DNA of 64,000 nt, taken from positions 2,464,001 through 2,528,000 of the forward strand of contig OZ244065.1 of NCBI GenBank assembly GCA_965215505.1. The letters run 5' to 3'. Positions 25,848 through 36,305 of this stretch are shown here, piece by piece. The stretch's first letter is position 1; each line of letters starts with the position of its first letter. This DNA comes from Capsulimonadaceae bacterium. Lineage in GTDB: Bacteria > Armatimonadota > Armatimonadia > Armatimonadales > Capsulimonadaceae. The notes beneath the pieces were generated by a model. The model was not told where the DNA came from and did not search any database. It saw only the letters and a program-made list of their open reading frames with translations. The position numbers and the translations under genes are program-made.

Positions 25848-27377
25848 TCCTGGTACTGGTAAGTGCAGTCAAAGAATCGGCCCGGCTTAGTGCTGCCATC
25901 CGCACCGAATCCTGTTGAGCCGCCATGTGTACAGATATACAGGGCGGTATAAGTTGGTGTCTGATTGAGAATAGTTGGCTTCGTGTCATTGATTGATCCG
26001 CTGCCGTTGTTGACAGTATGATGTATGTTGGAAGCAGTTGAAGCTATCAAAGGGAGGTCTGATGTCAAGTAGCGGTTAGACAAGACATAAGCCTTGTTGT
26101 AAGCATTGCCGGAGACCGTGACGGTGTAAGTGAAGCCGCCGCTGTCGGTGACGGTCATCTGAATAGAGACAGGTGCGGTATCGGCGAAATGGGTGCTGTC
26201 GAAAACTACAGACAGAGGAGTACTGGACTGATTCGTACCCTGGGTGGTGCCGACCGGGAAGGGTCCATACATGCTGGTGTCGTAGTAATATTTGACCGCA
26301 GTGCCGCCGAGGGAGAGCGTCGCCTGCTTGATATAGCCGCTGGCGGCCACGGCGGTTCCCGTCGCCGAGCAGTCCGTGCCGCTGAAGAAGCGCGGGTGCA
26401 TGGGGTCCCAGCCTGCGGTATCTACGGTGCTGTAGCCCGAAAGACTGACGGAGAATATCCCGACGGTATAGCGGCCAATGCCCACATCGGCCTCCATGCC
26501 GCCGCCGCCGCTGGTCGGCGGGAAGTTCGCGGTGCAGTCCGACGCGGCGGACAGGGTGCGCGTGATCGTCCAGGAGTTGCCGGTGACCGGAACGGAAGTC
26601 ACCAGGGCGCCCGTCGAGGTGCCGGAGAGGGGGTCGGTGGGGTTCGCCGGATCGCCCAAGCCGTCGGCGGCGGACGGGTTGTTCTGGCTCGATGTGGAGC
26701 CGGATTGGGCGTACCCGTGGTACAGGGCGCTGCTGGTTTCCAGGAGATACACGGTGGAAGGGCAAGGGCCGGGACCCTGCCAGGTGCCGGTGACGGTGAA
26801 GGTCAGGCTGATGGAGGCGCTCGCGCTGCACGACGCGCCCGGCCCGGTGCCATTACCGATGCCGACGCCCTGGCCGCCGTAGGTCAGAGATTGGGAGGAA
26901 CCCGACAAGAGGGGGAAGGTCGTTTTGGGCGGGTAGACGGTCTGCTGGCCGTTGGTGGCGGACCCCGTTTCCGCCGCGTCCGAGGTCATGGTCAGGCTCC
27001 AGGTGCCTGACGCTTGAGCAATGGCGGCAGGGGAGTTGAGGGAAGACAGGCTCAGGAGGCTAAAGAGCCAGACGATGGCCCAGGAGCGGGAACGGCCCAG
27101 GAGCGGGAACGGGAGCATGACGATCCTCCAATCAAGAACTGCGACGACAGAGCGTAAGAACAGCAAAGCGAAGCGATGACCGAAGGACGCTTTGTTCAGC
27201 GTCTTGAAGAGATCATGGCACGGATATTTCGCCGTGTCAACAGTGATTTTTGCAATGCGAGACAGGGCAGGAAGGCAGGTAACGGGCAGGCCGCAGCCGG
27301 ACAAGACGCGAAGGGACGCCTCGGGCGTGTCATACTGAGGCTGTGGAACCCGGCCCAGGGTCATTCAGTTCTTTCCC

Positions 27378-27494
27378 GGCGACTGAAGTCGCGGCAACAA
27401 AAGCACAAAGTCTGCCTCCGCAGACTCAGAACGGATCGGACTCTGAACCTGCGGAGGCAGGTTTCGTGCCTTTGTTGCTGCGGTTTCAGTCGCC
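27378..27494. repeat. 117-bp imperfect long inverted repeat (REPIN/MITE-like)
   Basis: GGCGACTGAAGTCGCGGCAACAAAAGCAC...GTGCCTTTGTTGCTGCGGTTTCAGTCGCC, inner CTGCCTCCGCAG/CTGCGGAGGCAG. Confidence 0.85.
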
Positions 27495-27539
27495 CAGCAG
27501 GAGAACAGCGGAAGAGAACAACCGATCAGGAGACACCCC

Positions 27540-28058
27540 ATGACCTATTACACCTATTACGACAGCCCCCTCCAGCCCCTCCTGCTGACCTCGGACGGCG
27601 CGGCCCTGACGGGCCTGTTCATGGCGGCACACAAGCACGGCCCCGAGATCGGGGCGGACTGGACGGAGGACGACGAAGCCGCGCCGTTCGCCGAGGCGAG
27701 GCGGCAGCTCGCGGCCTACTTCGCGGGTGAATTGACCGACTTCGACCTGCCGCTCGCGCCCCTTGGAACGACCTTTCAGCGGCGCGTGTGGGACGAGCTG
27801 CGGCGCATCCCCCACGGCGAAACCGTCTCCTACGGGGAGCTGGCCCGGCGCATCGGGTCGCCGAAGGCCTGCCGGGCGGTGGGCCTGGCGAACGGGCGCA
27901 ACCCGCTCTCCATCATCGTCCCATGCCACCGCGTCGTCGGCGCGAGCGGGAAGCTCATCGGCTACGCGGGCGGCACGGCCCGCAAGGAGGCGTTGCTGGC
28001 GCTGGAAGGGGCGAGGCATTCATCCCTCTCATGGATTTTACACGAAAACACACGATGA
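27540..28058 (+). CDS. ogt: methylated-DNA-protein-cysteine methyltransferase
   Basis: GTTFQRRVW, SYGELA, RAVG, NPLSIIVPCHRV active site. Confidence 0.95.
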   Translation: MTYYTYYDSPLQPLLLTSDGAALTGLFMAAHKHGPEIGADWTEDDEAAPFAEARRQLAAYFAGELTDFDLPLAPLGTTFQRRVWDELRRIPHGETVSYGELARRIGSPKACRAVGLANGRNPLSIIVPCHRVVGASGKLIGYAGGTARKEALLALEGARHSSLSWILHENTR

Positions 28059-28087
28059 GAAGTAGTAGTTGCTGTTGAAAATAACGC

Positions 28088-28116
28088 TTGACACGGATGA
28101 ACATGCGTGTTATACT
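28088..28116 (+). promoter_or_regulatory. sigma70 promoter
   Basis: TTGACA-17nt-TATACT with extended TG. Confidence 0.75.
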
Positions 28117-28291
28117 CCCGAGATGCTAAATAACAAATAGAGAGAAAATACCAACTCGTACTGTAACCCGCCGGTTTCAATCGCTGCTATCGCCTTCTCA
28201 TCATACGGCTGTTTTGAGGGACACATGGCCCACATCACGGGCAGGCTCGAACTCTTTGACAGTGTTACGATCTCTAGGAAAGGAGAAAAAC

Positions 28292-28519
28292 ATGGAAACC
28301 AAATCTCTCCCCATGCCGGTCGTCATCGGCGTCATCGCGGTCGTCGTCCTGCTCGCCGGATTTTTCGGCTGGCGGGCCATCAGCGGTGGCCGTACTGACA
28401 AGAACGGCGTGGATCTGTCCCAGGCCGCCATCAGGCCGGCCGGCGCGATGCCGCCCGGTGCCCCGGCCGGCGCTACCTCCCCGCCTAGCGGCACCAAAGC
28501 TGCCGATGCGGGCAAGTGA
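28292..28519 (+). CDS. small single-TM membrane protein
   Basis: AAGGAG RBS; PVVIGVIAVVVLLAGFFGW TM; Pro/Gly tail. Confidence 0.75.
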   Translation: METKSLPMPVVIGVIAVVVLLAGFFGWRAISGGRTDKNGVDLSQAAIRPAGAMPPGAPAGATSPPSGTKAADAGK

Positions 28520-28599
28520 TTCCTGCCGTTCGTCCGGCCAACCGATCTCTTGTCTGACTGTCATGGTCTTCTGATACTGTTCTTCCAAGGAGGAAGCCA

Positions 28600-29466
28600 A
28601 TGCACGCCTACACCCGAAAACTCCCCGCCCGACGGGGCTTCACGCTGATCGAGCTTCTCGTGGTCATCGCGATAATCGCGATTCTCGCATCCATTCTCTT
28701 CCCCGTGTTCCAGAAGGTCCGGGAGAACGCCCGGCGCGCTTCCGACGCATCCAACCTCAAGCAGCTCGGCCTCGCCGAGATCCAGTACTCTCAGGATGCC
28801 GATGAGAAGTACAGCGGGCCTTTCAAAGACCTCGCAAACACCACCGGCAGCGACCGAATGCACTGGGGCGAGATCATCTACCCGTTCACACGGTCTTATG
28901 GAGTTTACCTGGACCCGAACCAGAGTACTCACATGGCGAACGACGGGATGCAGGGTGGAAAATACGCGGACGGCACCCTGATTAACAAGGACATCTGCCC
29001 TGGGGGGAATAATCAGCCGTGCGGCGTGGACTACTCGATGAATTGCATCATCACGCCCGACGAAGGGGCCACTTATGGCCGGCCTGCGGACGGGACCGGG
29101 ATCGGCACGGGCGCGCCCGATGGGCCTGGCAGCGCATATGACGCGGAACCTGTGACTCTGTCCAAGCTGACGGCGCCGTCGGAAACCATCTACATCACCG
29201 ACGGGCGGCTCCAGGACAACCTCTGGGACGGGAATTCGACCGATGTCACTCCCGGAACCTACTATGGGGACAACTGGACGGCCGGCGATAGCTGCGGCTG
29301 GGGCTGTTCCCCTCCCGACCACAACAACTTCGACAAGCGCCATGCGGACGGGGCCAACGTCCTCTGGTACGACGGCCACGTCAAGTGGCTGCGGAACAGC
29401 ATGAAGACGACCGGCAAATATCCGGGCGGCTCGCCCTACTACTGGTACATCACCAAGCCCGAGTAG
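28600..29466 (+). CDS. prepilin-type N-methylation / DUF1559 / H-X9-DG protein
   Basis: [50 protein letters not shown]. Confidence 0.95.
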   Translation: MHAYTRKLPARRGFTLIELLVVIAIIAILASILFPVFQKVRENARRASDASNLKQLGLAEIQYSQDADEKYSGPFKDLANTTGSDRMHWGEIIYPFTRSYGVYLDPNQSTHMANDGMQGGKYADGTLINKDICPGGNNQPCGVDYSMNCIITPDEGATYGRPADGTGIGTGAPDGPGSAYDAEPVTLSKLTAPSETIYITDGRLQDNLWDGNSTDVTPGTYYGDNWTAGDSCGWGCSPPDHNNFDKRHADGANVLWYDGHVKWLRNSMKTTGKYPGGSPYYWYITKPE

Positions 29467-29530
29467 GGGCGCCCTCACCCCGGTGCGGACACCCCCGCGC
29501 CGGGGCGGACTTTCAGGAAGACCGCCCCGC

Positions 29531-31228
29531 ATGAAACCTTCCACATTCAGCCCCCCGCCGGCCCGGCGTGGGGCTTTGCCCGTTCCTGCCGGGGCGCCGC
29601 GCCGCAGGGGGCGCGCGCGTCTCGCAGGCTCCGTCGGCCTCGTGCTGCTGGTGATCGCCGGGGGCCTGCGGCTGTCCGACGCCTGGCATCAGACGGAGCG
29701 GCGCGAGGCGTTCCTGCCCCAGATCGAGGCGCTGGCCCGGCGCGACCCCCACGACGGCCCTCTGCTCGCCTTGCTGGGCGGGCGGCGTGCCGAGGCGCAC
29801 GACCCGACGGCGGCGGACGCCCTGCGGCACGCGGTCGTCTCCGGGGAAGGCACGGAACCCGTCTGGCAGGCGCTGGCCGCCGCCACCGCCGCCGTCGGGG
29901 ACCGGCCCCGCGCCCTGGCCGACCTGAAGCTGGGCCGGAAGGCGCTGGGGACCGCCCCCGCGCTGGACGATGCCCTGGCGCGGGCGGAAGCGCTGGGGCC
30001 GGCCCCGGACCCGATCAGGCTGGCCCAGGCCATCGCCCCGGACGGCCCCGCCCCCTTGATCGTCGCCTACACGCGCGGCAGCGCCCTGAACGGGTTGGTC
30101 AGTCGGTGGGGACGATCCTTCCCCGAGCGGAGCGGCTTCGCGACCCGTCAGGAGTGGGCGCGTCAGGCACCCGAGGACGCCCAAGCCCAGCGGCTCTGGG
30201 GGCTGGCGCTGGTGCAGAACCGGAGACCGGCCGAGGCCGCCCTCGTCCTCGCGCGCGCCGTCGCCCTGGCCCCAAGCTCGCCCGCCGCCCACCTGGCGCT
30301 GGCGGACGCACTGGATCAGGGGGGGATGCGCGAGAAGGCCGGGCTGGAATACATCGCCTGCCTGAAGCTGCGCCGCGACTGGCTGCCGGCCCTGCTCGGG
30401 CTGGGGCGCAACGGCCTGGACGACCACATGGAACATGCGGTGCCGGCCTACCTGCGGGCCACGCAGATCGCCCCCGAGTCGGCGGAGGCCTGGATCGGAC
30501 TGGGCCGCGCCTACTTCCGGGACAGCTCCACCTACATCAAGGCGCTGGCGGCGTTCCAGACGGCCGCGCGCCTGGCCCCGGACCGCACGGACTTTTTCGC
30601 CGACTATGCGACCGCGCTGCGCGAGAATTCGCGCGGCCCGGAGGCCGAGGCCCTGCTGCGGCGACGCCTGCGCGCGGCTCCGGACGACGCCCGATGCCAT
30701 TACATGCTGGGGACGATCCTGATGAATGATGCTTCCTCGCCGGCCGGCCAGGCGTCTGCCGAGGCGGAGACGCGCGAGGCCCTGCGCCTCTCCCCCCACC
30801 AGCCGCTGGCCGAGGCGCAGCTAGGAAAGATGCTGCTGCTGCGCGGCGGGGCGCGGGAGGCGGTCCCCCTGCTCGAAGACTCGGCCGCCTCCGACCGCTA
30901 TGACGTCAGCCTGCTGAACGTCCTGGCGCGCGCCTACCGCCTGACCGGGGAGGGGACGAAGGCCAGGGCACTCACGGCACAGTCGGAGGCTCTGTTCCAG
31001 GACCAGCAGCGGACACGGATCTTGCAGATCCAGGAGCATCACGACATGATGAACCAGGGCATCCACCGGCAGTTGGCGCGGCTGTATGGCGAGATCGGAC
31101 AGCCGGAGCGGGCGAAGCAGGAAGAGGAAATGATGCGCCTGGTGCAGGCGGACCCGGACAAGGTCACGCGGGACCGGCGGTTCCTGCGGGCATCCATCCG
31201 GCAGATCCTGCCGGACGCAGGGCGTTAG
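29531..31228 (+). CDS. membrane-anchored tetratricopeptide repeat protein
   Basis: N-terminal TM; repeated A..L.P....A...LG helical motifs; start approximate. Confidence 0.85.
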   Translation: MKPSTFSPPPARRGALPVPAGAPRRRGRARLAGSVGLVLLVIAGGLRLSDAWHQTERREAFLPQIEALARRDPHDGPLLALLGGRRAEAHDPTAADALRHAVVSGEGTEPVWQALAAATAAVGDRPRALADLKLGRKALGTAPALDDALARAEALGPAPDPIRLAQAIAPDGPAPLIVAYTRGSALNGLVSRWGRSFPERSGFATRQEWARQAPEDAQAQRLWGLALVQNRRPAEAALVLARAVALAPSSPAAHLALADALDQGGMREKAGLEYIACLKLRRDWLPALLGLGRNGLDDHMEHAVPAYLRATQIAPESAEAWIGLGRAYFRDSSTYIKALAAFQTAARLAPDRTDFFADYATALRENSRGPEAEALLRRRLRAAPDDARCHYMLGTILMNDASSPAGQASAEAETREALRLSPHQPLAEAQLGKMLLLRGGAREAVPLLEDSAASDRYDVSLLNVLARAYRLTGEGTKARALTAQSEALFQDQQRTRILQIQEHHDMMNQGIHRQLARLYGEIGQPERAKQEEEMMRLVQADPDKVTRDRRFLRASIRQILPDAGR

Positions 31229-31240
31229 GGAATTCCGCCG

Positions 31241-32383
31241 TCACCGATGGACCCGTATGAAGTGGTCCGCCGTCAGGGTCGGGACCGTGCCGTTCGTGAA
31301 CAGCCTGCGCGACGGCATGTGGCAGGCGACACAGCCGCCCTTCGGGTTCACCGGGCACAGACTGACCGCCACCGTCCGCAGCGGGACCGGGCGGCGTGCC
31401 GCCGCCGCTTCGTGGCAGGTGAGACAGACCGCCTCGTAAACCCTCGTGTTCGTGCTGACGTTCGTGTGGGAGTTGTGGCAGGTGAGGCAGGACAGCGCCC
31501 CGCCGCTGCTCTGGAAGCACCGGCTCTGCGTCAGGCCGGCGGGCTGGAAGCGGTTGGTCTGGTCCGTCGCCGCCGGGTGGGCGCCTGCCATCGCCGCCCC
31601 ATGACACTGACCGCAGAGGGCGAGGAGCCGCGTCGCGGGCCAGGTTTCCAGGCGCTCCATCGGGTCCGCGTCGTACTTGCCTGCCCGCATGAGCGCGACA
31701 TGCGCCCCGCCCACCCCGTGACAGGACTCGCACCCCACCCCGAAGAAGCGCTTCGCGGGGACGACCGTCTCCGCAGAGGGCATCACGGCATGACAATGGA
31801 AACAGGTGCGCGCGTCCGTGGGCGGCAGGATCCGTGCCAGGGCGCGCGGGTCCAGGCCCGCATCGCCGGGCGTCGTGTACCACTTGCCCTGGTGCGGGAA
31901 GTAGCTCATGCGCCATTCCGCCACACTCCCGCCGCCCACGAGCGACACATAGGTCATGCCGGTCTTGCCGGAGCCGAGCGCGTAGTCGAGGGGCTGGATG
32001 GACTCCGGGTGGGCCGCAAGCCCCATCCCGAACCGGTCGGCATGGCGGGCCACGACCAGGCCGGACCCGGCCACCGGCCCGGTGGGCGGGGCAAGGCCGC
32101 CCAAGGCCGACCGGGACATCACCAGGAGCGTCCTGGCATGGCGGCTGTGGCTCTGGCTGAGATACTGCGCCTGGTGGCACTCGGCGCAGGCCGCGCTGCC
32201 CACGAAGACGGCCGTCGGGACTGTGGCGGACGCAGGGTTTGCGGACGCAGTGGCGGGGAGAGGCGAGGACTCAGGGGCAGACGCTGGGGCGACGGGCGCG
32301 CGCCCGCAGCCCACCAGGACGACCAGAAAGGCGTTCGCCGCTAGGGCGGCGAGCAGTGTGCCGCGTAGTGCCGAAAAGCGCAT
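31241..32383 (-). CDS. multiheme c-type cytochrome lipoprotein (7 CxxCH)
   Basis: LVGC lipobox; CAECH, CFHCH, CESCH, CGQCH, CLTCH x2, CVACH; DHFI ending. Confidence 0.9.
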   Translation of the reverse strand: MRFSALRGTLLAALAANAFLVVLVGCGRAPVAPASAPESSPLPATASANPASATVPTAVFVGSAACAECHQAQYLSQSHSRHARTLLVMSRSALGGLAPPTGPVAGSGLVVARHADRFGMGLAAHPESIQPLDYALGSGKTGMTYVSLVGGGSVAEWRMSYFPHQGKWYTTPGDAGLDPRALARILPPTDARTCFHCHAVMPSAETVVPAKRFFGVGCESCHGVGGAHVALMRAGKYDADPMERLETWPATRLLALCGQCHGAAMAGAHPAATDQTNRFQPAGLTQSRCFQSSGGALSCLTCHNSHTNVSTNTRVYEAVCLTCHEAAAARRPVPLRTVAVSLCPVNPKGGCVACHMPSRRLFTNGTVPTLTADHFIRVHR

Positions 32384-32463
32384 CCTCGCACCCCCGTTTT
32401 CACCCCGTCGCCCCTATTTTCACCAGCCGGCCCGTAAGTTCCTGCCTGGCTTTTGGGCGGCGG

Positions 32464-33525
<1,062 letters not shown>

Positions 33526-33606
33526 TCAGTGGGGTTCGCCGTTCTACGTCAGTGTTCTGGGGAGAGTATACCCCGCCGTGCGGCGTGTCAACAGACGCGC
33601 CGTGTG

Positions 33607-34080
33607 TCAGCAGACGGCGACGATCTCGAAGCGGATCAGCCCGCCGGGGGCCGACACCTCGACCTTGTCACCGATGGTGCGGCCCAGCAGGGACTTCGCC
33701 ATCGGGGAGGTGTTGGAGATGCGGTTCTGCATGGCGTCCGCCTCCATGACGCCGACGATGGTATATTCCGTGTCGTCGCCGTCCTCGTCCCGGACGGTCA
33801 CTTTGGAGCCGAGCATGACGGTCTCGCCGCCCGCGACGTAGTCGGCGATCTTGGCGCGGTCCAGCATCTGCTTGATGTTGTTGATCTTGCCGTCCAGGAA
33901 CCCCTGCTGCCGCTTGGCGTCGTGGTAGTCGAAGTTCTCGCTCAGGTCGCCCAGCGACCGGGCGATCTCCAGGCGCTCGCGGATCTCGCGCCGCCCCACC
34001 GTACTCAGGTGTTCCAGTTCCTCCTCCAGCTCCTTGTATTTGGCTGGGGACAGAACGATCTCGTCGTCTTGCATGGGCAT
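33607..34080 (-). CDS. greA: transcription elongation factor GreA
   Basis: ARSLGDLSENFDYHDAK, YTIVGVMEAD, ISNTSPMAKSLLG. Confidence 0.95.
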   Translation of the reverse strand: MPMQDDEIVLSPAKYKELEEELEHLSTVGRREIRERLEIARSLGDLSENFDYHDAKRQQGFLDGKINNIKQMLDRAKIADYVAGGETVMLGSKVTVRDEDGDDTEYTIVGVMEADAMQNRISNTSPMAKSLLGRTIGDKVEVSAPGGLIRFEIVAVC

Positions 34081-34213
34081 GTGCGCTGCCTTCCTCGGTT
34101 CCTTCGGCTCCGGTTCCTTTAGCTCTCAGACAGACAAAAAGACAGACAAAAAGACGGAAGCCGTTCCCGCAGACTTTAGGCAAGACAGTCCGGGCGTCGG
34201 CTCCGATGGCTTC

Positions 34214-34242
34214 ATCATACCACAGAGCGCGCCCGCTGTCAA
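34214..34242 (-). promoter_or_regulatory. greA sigma70 promoter
   Basis: TTGACA-17nt-TATGAT with extended TG. Confidence 0.8.
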
Positions 34243-34355
34243 TCGCGCGTCAATCTCCGCCTTTTTTAAAACTTAATTGAAACACAGAGCAAATACGGGG
34301 GAGTTGGCATGGTTTATGCAGAAGAGAAAAGAGAACCTCAAGAAAGGAGCCGTGC

Positions 34356-34583
34356 GTGAGAAACGCCTACATCAAGTTTCGTACCGCAGACGACCGCGCC
34401 CTGGGCTGTGAGGAGTTGATCGCCCATTCGCGTGTCAGCCGGCTGTCCAATGACGTCTACTGCATCCCCTGGAGCAGCCTCGCCCTTCTGGATACCCGCG
34501 AGGTGGACTACACGTTCGCCAACGAGGACGACCTGACCAACGCCCGCCCCATCTGGAAGATCGCCGCCGCCGGTGCCTTCTGA
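34356..34583 (+). CDS. small hypothetical protein
   Basis: AAAGGAG RBS before GTG; GC3-rich codon usage. Confidence 0.7.
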   Translation: MRNAYIKFRTADDRALGCEELIAHSRVSRLSNDVYCIPWSSLALLDTREVDYTFANEDDLTNARPIWKIAAAGAF

Positions 34584-34678
34584 CTCCATACCTGTCCGTC
34601 CCGGCCTCCCCCGTAATGGATCGGCTGCTGGCTTGTCCCCGCAGCAGCCCCCATTTTCCACGCTTCCATCCCTGTGTG

Positions 34679-35014
34679 CTACTTCTCGTACACCGTCTCG
34701 CCCGCCGGGTAACAGATCAGCTCCATCTGGTTGCCGTCCGGGTCACTGATGTAGATCCCCTTCGTCCCGTCCCGGTGCCGGTCTATGGCCTTGCCTTCCC
34801 GGCTCGCCGCCCGTTCCAAAGTCGCCTCGTCCACCCGGACGGCCGTATGCGGCGGGTGCTGGGTCGGCGTCACCAGAGCCAGCTTCCCCTGCCCCAGCTT
34901 CAGGAAGGCCCAGGTCGCATCCTGGTACAGCACCTCTGCGCCAAACTCCCGCACATACCAGTCCACCGAGGCCGCGATGTCCCGCGACGGCACGGCCACA
35001 TGATCGAGTTCCAT
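34679..35014 (-). CDS. VOC/glyoxalase family protein
   Basis: LDHVAVPSRDIAASVDWY...YISDPDGNQMELI. Confidence 0.9.
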   Translation of the reverse strand: MELDHVAVPSRDIAASVDWYVREFGAEVLYQDATWAFLKLGQGKLALVTPTQHPPHTAVRVDEATLERAASREGKAIDRHRDGTKGIYISDPDGNQMELICYPAGETVYEK

Positions 35015-35037
35015 ACTTCGGCTCTTCTCTAAGGCGG

Positions 35038-35373
35038 TCAACCCGCCGCGAACTCCGTGTCTTTCCAGCGGGAAGGGTGCTTGAATCCCAGCACGATGCG
35101 GTCTTTAGGCACACCCGCCGCGACCAGATCCTCCGCGACGCCATCCTCCGTGCCATCCTGCTGAATCCAGAGCTTCCCGCCCAGTACGTCAATGTGCAGC
35201 AGCGGCCCGTAGATGCGATACCCGTCCTCCCAGCCGACTTCCACGAGGAGGTAGTGATCGCCCGCCCGGTCAAATATCGTCTCGCAGACGATCTCCGCGT
35301 CGGTCGTCAGGAACTCGGCGTACTCCGTCAGCACCCGCTCCACGGCGGCCCGGTAGGCGTTTAAGGCATCCAT
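35038..35373 (-). CDS. xisI: XisI family protein
   Basis: FDRAGDHYLLVEVGW, GKLWIQQDGTEDGVAEDLVAAGVPKDRIVLGF. Confidence 0.9.
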   Translation of the reverse strand: MDALNAYRAAVERVLTEYAEFLTTDAEIVCETIFDRAGDHYLLVEVGWEDGYRIYGPLLHIDVLGGKLWIQQDGTEDGVAEDLVAAGVPKDRIVLGFKHPSRWKDTEFAAG

Positions 35374-35780
35374 TGGACAATCGCCTCCCGGTCGGGGTCG
35401 AAGGAGAATAGGCGGACGACCCCGTCTTCCAGCATCACCTGGCCCGCCTCTTCCTCGAAGACACTGCGCCGCGCCGTTTCCGGCAGGGCCAAATAAAGAA
35501 TCCTTTCAGGCTCGGACCGCCTCAACAGGTGCGCGTACAGCACGAACTGTCCGACGGCATCTTCCAAATCCTTCATGTCCGAAGAGCGCCCAAAGCCTTT
35601 GATCTCCACCGCGATCTTTTCCGGCCCCCGCTCCGCCGCCAGCAGCCGTTCCGCGCCCAGGTCCACAAACAGGTTCTTGCCCCGCCGCAAGCGGAGCCGG
35701 AGCGGGTCATGCGTGATCGTCCAGCCGTCTTTGACCAGGGCGTTCTTGACAGTATCATGGTAGAGGTCGTGGGCGGGCAT
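35361..35780 (-). CDS. xisH: XisH family PD-(D/E)xK protein
   Basis: DLYHDTVKNALVKDGWTITHDPL, VDLGAERLLAAER...KIAVEIK, AVGQF, ERILYLA. Confidence 0.9.
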   Translation of the reverse strand: MPAHDLYHDTVKNALVKDGWTITHDPLRLRLRRGKNLFVDLGAERLLAAERGPEKIAVEIKGFGRSSDMKDLEDAVGQFVLYAHLLRRSEPERILYLALPETARRSVFEEEAGQVMLEDGVVRLFSFDPDREAIVQWMP

Positions 35781-35786
35781 GATGCT

Positions 35787-36302
35787 CTACATCGCCCCAC
35801 TTTTGCCGAACAGCCACCCAGGTTCCAAGCCCGCCGCCGCGCACAAAGGCTGGTTTTCCAGGCGCAGTGCCGTCAGATCCTGCTCTCGTGCCTCGTTCTT
35901 TTCGCCTGCTTTGTCATCTTTGGCAAAGTGACTGCTAGGGAGTTGGTCGAGCAGGCTGATTTGGTCGAGCAGGCTGATTTGGTCGAGCAGGCTGATTTGA
36001 TCGAGCAACCGGCGAGTATCCTCAGAAACCGCAGCCCGCTCCGCCTGTCGGGCCTCCCTCTCCTCCGCCTCATGGCTATCCGGTGCCATTTCTTCCGTCA
36101 TTCGTTCAACTTGTGCCAGGAGAAGCCGCGCCCGCACCCTATGCCATGCTTCTTCCTCCTTGGAAGGCTCCGGCATGGCGAACAGGTAGCTCAGGCTGCC
36201 CAGCGCAAGTTGCTCGGGCGTAATCCCCTGTTGCCGCGCCTGCTCCGCAATGGCGCTTTCTATCTCAGGAGTGAGTGTGATGGTCAATGGTCTAGTCTCC
36301 AC
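35787..36302 (-). CDS. hypothetical protein with antitoxin-like N-terminus
   Basis: LTITLTPEIESAIAEQARQQGITPEQLA resembles N-terminus of 36713-36961; contains LLDQIS repeats. Confidence 0.65.
   Translation of the reverse strand: METRPLTITLTPEIESAIAEQARQQGITPEQLALGSLSYLFAMPEPSKEEEAWHRVRARLLLAQVERMTEEMAPDSHEAEEREARQAERAAVSEDTRRLLDQISLLDQISLLDQISLLDQLPSSHFAKDDKAGEKNEAREQDLTALRLENQPLCAAAGLEPGWLFGKSGAM
35943..36007. repeat. tandem repeat, 18 bp x3 plus partial
   Basis: TTGGTCGAGCAGGCTGAT x3 then TTGATCGAGCA. Confidence 0.9.
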
Positions 36303-36305
36303 TGC

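Larger units (their letters stand above)
23595..27118 (-). pseudogene. secreted protein with C-terminal caspase/gingipain-like (clan CD) domain, split by IS insertion
   Basis: Removing 24030-25847 and one TCCTGGTA copy gives a continuous 565-aa frame (DCTYQYQDFDLTD); YICTHGG and FVFVDGCST motifs; GGAGG RBS and signal peptide. Confidence 0.8.

Noticed and set aside
29463-29485. GTAGGGGCG matches at 29463 and 51770 as REPs
   Set aside because: No palindrome follows; chance partial matches
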